NCBI GenBank assembly: GCA_034440595.1
Contig: JAWXCH010000392.1
Location: 1 to 22,110 of the forward strand
DNA from: Planctomycetota bacterium
GTDB taxonomy: Bacteria > Planctomycetota > Planctomycetia > Pirellulales > JALHPA01
Direction: 5' to 3'
DNA: 22,110 nucleotides
Every line of letters starts with the position of its first letter. Position 1 is the stretch's first letter. Under the pieces are notes generated by a model, which was given only the letters and a program-made list of their open reading frames with translations, did no database searches and was not told where the DNA came from. Of the stretch, positions 17,713-22,110 are shown piece by piece. The translations under genes and the position numbers were made by a program.

Positions 17713-17767
17713 GGGCCTGTGCACTCGAAGTAAACCCTGTGCGCATCACTGCGCATGGCCGTTGGCT

Positions 17768-18052
17768 CTATTCTGAGTCAATAGGATCAGGGGAATTGGG
17801 ATCGTTACCCGACAAATCTTCACAGCAGCCGATTAAGTCGTGCTGCAAGGCGTGTACACCAACCGAAATCAGCAGCAGTAGCAAGTCAAAGATCCATACC
17901 ACCGCCAGCACCAGGTTCGCGCGGCCGACGAACCTGGCTCCGGCTTCGTCCTGTAGTGCCTCGAACAGGTATGACAAACCGCCGAGCACGCACATCAAGA
18001 TTGGCAGCGAAATGGCTCCCAAAAGCAGGCGAAGAATCCAATGGTGCAGCAC
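17768..18052 (-). CDS. Small two-TM membrane protein (hypothetical)
   Basis: GTG start at 18052 is preceded by AAGAGG with a 9-nt spacer. Two hydrophobic helices are present (ILRLLLGAISLPILMCVLGGLSYLF and LVLAVVWIFDLLLLLISVGV). The protein is 94 aa. Confidence 0.5.
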   Translation of the reverse strand: MLHHWILRLLLGAISLPILMCVLGGLSYLFEALQDEAGARFVGRANLVLAVVWIFDLLLLLISVGVHALQHDLIGCCEDLSGNDPNSPDPIDSE

Positions 18053-18278
18053 GATGGTTGACCTCTTAAAAGGGTGCGAGTGTGTGCATTCTGCGGGTCG
18101 TATGGGCCAGTGTCAATGGGACTGAATGGCGCAAAATCCTGCTCCCCCCGATGACAAAGTTGCCTCGCGGCAGTCGCTGGTACACAATGGAGTCTTGGAA
18201 CGGAGATATCGGGACGGAGTCTTTGGAGCACTGCGCGACGAGTCGCAATTTTTCTCTGACTGGGAGGAGGCCAGCAAT

Positions 18279-20618
18279 ATGCGCCATGCTATGTGCCCGC
18301 GATTAGCTCTACAAGCAAGAATCGCCAGGTTTGCAGTTCTGATTGCGCTGGTCACTGCACAAGCGGCGCAGGCTCAGGTCGTGGTCTTAAAGGACGGGCG
18401 GGAGCTGGAAGGGAAATTCAATCAGATTCCCAAGATCGCCGAGGATCCGCTGAAGAACGCGGATCAATCGCCGTTGACCCCTATCCTGATGAGCGACAAC
18501 GATCTCTCGCGGACGTACGTGCCAGTATCGCGCATCCAATCGATTCGCCCTGAAGGACGGAATCTGGAGACGATTCGTATCAAACAAAAGGTGGCCGAAG
18601 CCGGAATGCGTATTGCCGGCGTCGGCGCGATTCTGAAGATGACCCCGTTCGATGAATTTGGCCGGAGGATTCTGACGATCAATACGGCGCGTGGTAAGGT
18701 GGATGTCGTCCAAGGGATCACCACAATCACTCCGGTCTATACGCAAGTTCGCGGGCTGGTAGGAACGCAGTCGTATGTCTGGGATGCACGTGTCGCAACC
18801 AGCAGCATACCGCGTGAAACATTGCACAAAATCATCCACAAAGCGATTGACCAGAAAGATATTGACGATCGATTGCGATTGGTGCGATTGTTAATGCAGG
18901 CCAACCGCTTTCACGATGCGTATGCGGAATTGGCTCAGGTTGCCAAGGACTTTCCCAGTGAGGACGCGCCGAAAGACTCGTCGAAAGACATCCAGCAAAT
19001 TGCCGCACGCATCCTATTGACTGAGATCCTGGCGCGCAAGAAGGCTGGACAACACCAGTTGGTGTATGGCCTGCTACAGAACTTTCCGACCGAAAATGTC
19101 GCCGGCAGCGTGCTGCAGCAGGTGCGAAAAGAGCTAGAGGAATACGCCGACCTGAAAAAAGTCCAAACTACGGTGATTCAGCAATTGAAGGCTTTGATTG
19201 CCAAAGTCCAACAGGAAGAACAGCGCGAAGCGTATACCGCTGCAATCAAAGAAATCGAAACGGAACTGTCTTTCAACACACTGGACCGAATGACCGCCTT
19301 TCGGCGTCTGGAAAGTGACGACAATCTGGAGGCCGAGCAAAAGCTCGCCCTGGCCGTTTCCGGCTGGCTGATGGGATCTGATAGCGCGGAGACCAATGTA
19401 AAATCCGCGATGGGACTGATCTATGCGCGAGACATGGTCCGCCAGTATCTCAATGAGCCGGTTGCCGCCAAACGCACCGAACTACTCAATCAAATCAAAA
19501 CCACCACCGGTACCACCGTTCAGCAGATTGCCAGCGTCATCAAGCACATGCGACCGACTGCTGAGACCTTGCCGGAAGGCAAGCAGAAGAGCGGTGAGCC
19601 GCACCAGCAGGACTATTTTGAACTGGAAGTGCCCGGCGGACCAGACGAAGGGAACTCGACCTATCTCTGTTTGCTACCTCCCGAGTATGACCCGCATCGA
19701 ACTTATCCCACGATTGTCACGCTCAATGGCACCGGTTCCACGCCAGAGCAGCAACTGGACTGGTGGGCCGGCGAACGCTCCGAGCGAGGCCGACTGGGAC
19801 AAGCAACCCGGCATGGGTACATTGTCATCGCACCGGTCTGGATGCGACCGTTTCAAGATAAATACAACGCTTCAGCGGAAGAACACGCCAAAGTCCTCAG
19901 TGCGCTCCGCGATGCCTGCCGCCGGTTTTCGATCGACACCGATCGCGTTTATCTGAGTGGCCACTCCGTCGGTGGTGATGCAGCCTGGGATATCGGGGTT
20001 TCTCATCCAGACCAATGGGCCGGAATTGTGCCGATTGTTGCTACTACGACACGGAACTCGGTTTCGCATTACACCAGCAACGCCGCCAATTTACCAATGT
20101 ACTTTGTCGCCGGGGAGTTGGATGGTACTCGGACCATCACCAATAGTATGGACTGGGATCGATACCTGAGTCGCAACTACGACGTGACGATCGTTGAGTT
20201 CCGCGGCCGTGGCCACGAGAATTTCTCCGATGAAATTCAAAACATTTTCGATTGGATGGGGCGCAAGAAGCGGGACTTCTTTCCCAAGAAATTTACCACG
20301 TCGACCAAGCGGTCGTTTGACAACTATTTCTGGTGGGTCGAAATGGAGCAACTTCCGGCGAAGAGTGGCGCGCGTGCGCAACTGGTCGAGGCCACGATCA
20401 ATGCGGCCAACAACATCAACATTCGAGCACCAGGCGCGGTCAGCGTCTGGCTGGCACCCGAGATGTTGGACTTTGTAAAGCCCTCGACGATTACAGTAAA
20501 CGGTCGCCAGATTCAGCGAAAACCGGTGACGCCCGAAATGGGCGTTCTGCTGGAAGATGTCCGCACGCGCGGCGAACGGAAGCACCCGTTTTGGGCCAGA
20601 GTAGATGCAACGCCGTAA
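18279..20618 (+). CDS. Secreted protein with an N-terminal helical (TPR-like) region and a C-terminal alpha/beta-hydrolase (esterase/depolymerase-like) domain
   Basis: ATG at 18279 is preceded by the strong SD GGGAGGAGG. The signal peptide is MRHAMCPRLALQARIARFAVLIALVTAQAAQAQ. The C-terminal domain has a GHSVGG nucleophile elbow (GxSxG) and downstream Asp and His candidates (VAGELDGT, GRGHENF). The listed ORF start at 18126 adds a non-signal leader and is unlikely. Confidence 0.75.
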   Translation: MRHAMCPRLALQARIARFAVLIALVTAQAAQAQVVVLKDGRELEGKFNQIPKIAEDPLKNADQSPLTPILMSDNDLSRTYVPVSRIQSIRPEGRNLETIRIKQKVAEAGMRIAGVGAILKMTPFDEFGRRILTINTARGKVDVVQGITTITPVYTQVRGLVGTQSYVWDARVATSSIPRETLHKIIHKAIDQKDIDDRLRLVRLLMQANRFHDAYAELAQVAKDFPSEDAPKDSSKDIQQIAARILLTEILARKKAGQHQLVYGLLQNFPTENVAGSVLQQVRKELEEYADLKKVQTTVIQQLKALIAKVQQEEQREAYTAAIKEIETELSFNTLDRMTAFRRLESDDNLEAEQKLALAVSGWLMGSDSAETNVKSAMGLIYARDMVRQYLNEPVAAKRTELLNQIKTTTGTTVQQIASVIKHMRPTAETLPEGKQKSGEPHQQDYFELEVPGGPDEGNSTYLCLLPPEYDPHRTYPTIVTLNGTGSTPEQQLDWWAGERSERGRLGQATRHGYIVIAPVWMRPFQDKYNASAEEHAKVLSALRDACRRFSIDTDRVYLSGHSVGGDAAWDIGVSHPDQWAGIVPIVATTTRNSVSHYTSNAANLPMYFVAGELDGTRTITNSMDWDRYLSRNYDVTIVEFRGRGHENFSDEIQNIFDWMGRKKRDFFPKKFTTSTKRSFDNYFWWVEMEQLPAKSGARAQLVEATINAANNINIRAPGAVSVWLAPEMLDFVKPSTITVNGRQIQRKPVTPEMGVLLEDVRTRGERKHPFWARVDATP

Positions 20619-20635
20619 GGAGTTGGCCGTTTCCG

Positions 20636-22110
20636 CTACTTCTTCAACACAAACCCGGTCACGAACCAGCCGTTGTCCTCGCTGACGATGAACGTGCCGG
20701 CTGGGCCGAGATACTTACTCACAGCGTCAAACGCAGGGAGCTGGCGACCGTCCAGTTTTGCCTTGCGAATCGTGCCCGGCTTGCCATCACCCAGTGCGCT
20801 GTTCAGTAGATTTCCGAGTAGGCTTTGACTCTTAGGCATCTCGTTGGTCTTCAGCAATTCGTAGGTGACGCGAAACTCCTTTTCCGTCCTGGAGAACATT
20901 CGAGCGGCCACATCCGTCGCACCGAGCGCGGTCATTTCTTTTTGGACCGCCGTGTATTCCGGCGTAGCATCAAGTGATCCTTTCGCTACGGCTGCATTGG
21001 CATGTTTGAGCACTTTTTCCAGCATGTCGATATTCGATGCCACGAAAAGCTGCCCGTGTGCCACACAAATAGCTGAGTTGGCCATCGCACGTTGACCCGG
21101 TCGTCGTGACGCTCTCTTCTTGCGGGTCTTTCCTTTGCCTGGCTGAAACAAGACTTCTTCTTCGATTTCGAGGTCGGCGTGTTGAACTTCGCCACCATCA
21201 ACTTCGATGGTCAGTTCCATCACCTCGACCTCCTGGCTGGTCACTTCCCAGACAGTGAAACCTTCAACATCGCGCCGCTTGACCCCTTTGTCGTGCTTCA
21301 TCCCTTTTTCGACGGCGGCCGCGACCGCCTTTTCATTGGCCGTCTCAATGGCATACAGCGATCGATCGCTCTTGGGCGTGATTGGATCAACAAAGTCGGT
21401 GACAATAGTCACCCGCGACCCTAGATTGGCAACCAGCTCTTTCTCAATGTCAAGCTGCGGCCCGTTAGGATCGTTTTTGGTGCTGTCGATGATGTCTTCA
21501 AACAAATAAGGCTGACCGGTGACTTCGTCCACCAGCGGCCCCAGGTATGGAAATGCTCGTTTGGCATTCCAGTTCACTGTTGAGTAAGTTGCTACATCAG
21601 GTGGTACCCAGGCCTCGGCCTGCAAAGACTTGCTATTGGGGAACTCTAGAACATTCGCTGCGAGCAAGTAACGCTCCTTGGCCTTGGGCACTGGCGGAGC
21701 ATAAATCATCGTCCGATGCAGCGTCTGGTGGGTGTTGGCTGAAAAGGTCACAAATCCACCAAGTCCCTGGATCGCCGTGAAGCCTTGCTTTCGCAGCGCC
21801 TTAACCAAGTCCGGTCCTTCTCGTTTGTGCGTTGGCGGATCGATGACTCGCATCGCCTCGATGTAGCCAAATGGCTCTAAGAACCAGCGAACGTGAGGAA
21901 CTTTTCCCGCTTCCGTGGCTTTCTGACAGCGTGCCATTGATTCCTTATATGCCGGTACCGAAGCAAGATTGTCCGCTCGATTGGCGGTTATAGCTTTCAG
22001 GATTTTTTCCACTTCGACAACGTTGTCGCTAATCACCAGCATTCCGCCACTGAGGAAGCTGGCGGTCTGTTCTGCGGTTGTTTCGCCAGCTTTCTTAGGG
22101 AGCTCAAAAA
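20636..22110 (-). CDS. Hypothetical protein, 5'-partial; the ORF continues beyond the window end
   Basis: The reading frame stays open through 22108 with no stop upstream of the listed Met at 22042. More than 490 aa are visible. A Lys/Arg-rich segment GKGKTRKKRASRRPGQRA is present. I recognise no family. It converges on the hydrolase gene across a 17-nt gap. Confidence 0.55.
   Translation of the reverse strand, partial: FELPKKAGETTAEQTASFLSGGMLVISDNVVEVEKILKAITANRADNLASVPAYKESMARCQKATEAGKVPHVRWFLEPFGYIEAMRVIDPPTHKREGPDLVKALRKQGFTAIQGLGGFVTFSANTHQTLHRTMIYAPPVPKAKERYLLAANVLEFPNSKSLQAEAWVPPDVATYSTVNWNAKRAFPYLGPLVDEVTGQPYLFEDIIDSTKNDPNGPQLDIEKELVANLGSRVTIVTDFVDPITPKSDRSLYAIETANEKAVAAAVEKGMKHDKGVKRRDVEGFTVWEVTSQEVEVMELTIEVDGGEVQHADLEIEEEVLFQPGKGKTRKKRASRRPGQRAMANSAICVAHGQLFVASNIDMLEKVLKHANAAVAKGSLDATPEYTAVQKEMTALGATDVAARMFSRTEKEFRVTYELLKTNEMPKSQSLLGNLLNSALGDGKPGTIRKAKLDGRQLPAFDAVSKYLGPAGTFIVSEDNGWFVTGFVLKK

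Noticed and set aside
17640-18125. 161-aa plus-strand ORF spanning the repeat module and running antisense to the small membrane protein gene
   Set aside because: Its sequence is Ser/Cys/Arg-rich and low complexity. It overlaps a structured repeat and a better-supported minus-strand gene that has an SD. It is most likely a spurious frame.

Overview
This 22.1-kb window is GC-rich (roughly 58-60% by eye) and gene-dense. It is probably a planctomycete-like chromosome near the replication origin, because dnaA is present. The 3' end of guaB runs in from the left edge and is followed by about 20 further CDSs. Those I recognise are a standalone YjeF_N NAD(P)H-hydrate epimerase, a tandem-PDZ secreted protein, a double-GNAT acetyltransferase, dnaA with no adjacent dnaN, a DUF1570-like HExxH secreted peptidase, a COG4260-type SPFH protein, a HEAT-repeat lipoprotein, a diadenylate cyclase (DAC) with a non-canonical N-terminal domain, a saccharopine-dehydrogenase-like reductase, a YrhB/Imm35-like orphan immunity protein in a lower-GC islet, and a secreted alpha/beta hydrolase. 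The rest are secreted or membrane hypotheticals. Three observations stand out from annotated genes. First, a ~360-bp imperfect palindrome at 3757-4116 ends in ~50-bp GC-rich stem-loop modules (CCCGGGG...CCCCGGG), and a third, solo copy of that module sits at 17653-17712; both sites lie between convergent genes, so the element looks MITE/REP/PATE-like. Second, a co-directional minus-strand cluster links a small helical protein, an SPFH protein with a YbjN-like C-terminus, and a secreted HExxH metallopeptidase. Third, the lower-GC islet carries the Imm35-like gene next to the solo repeat copy. I found no rRNA, tRNA or CRISPR. Many starts are GTG or TTG preceded by GAGGGG or AAGAGG-type SD sequences. 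All protein calls rest on motif recognition by eye, not on database searches.
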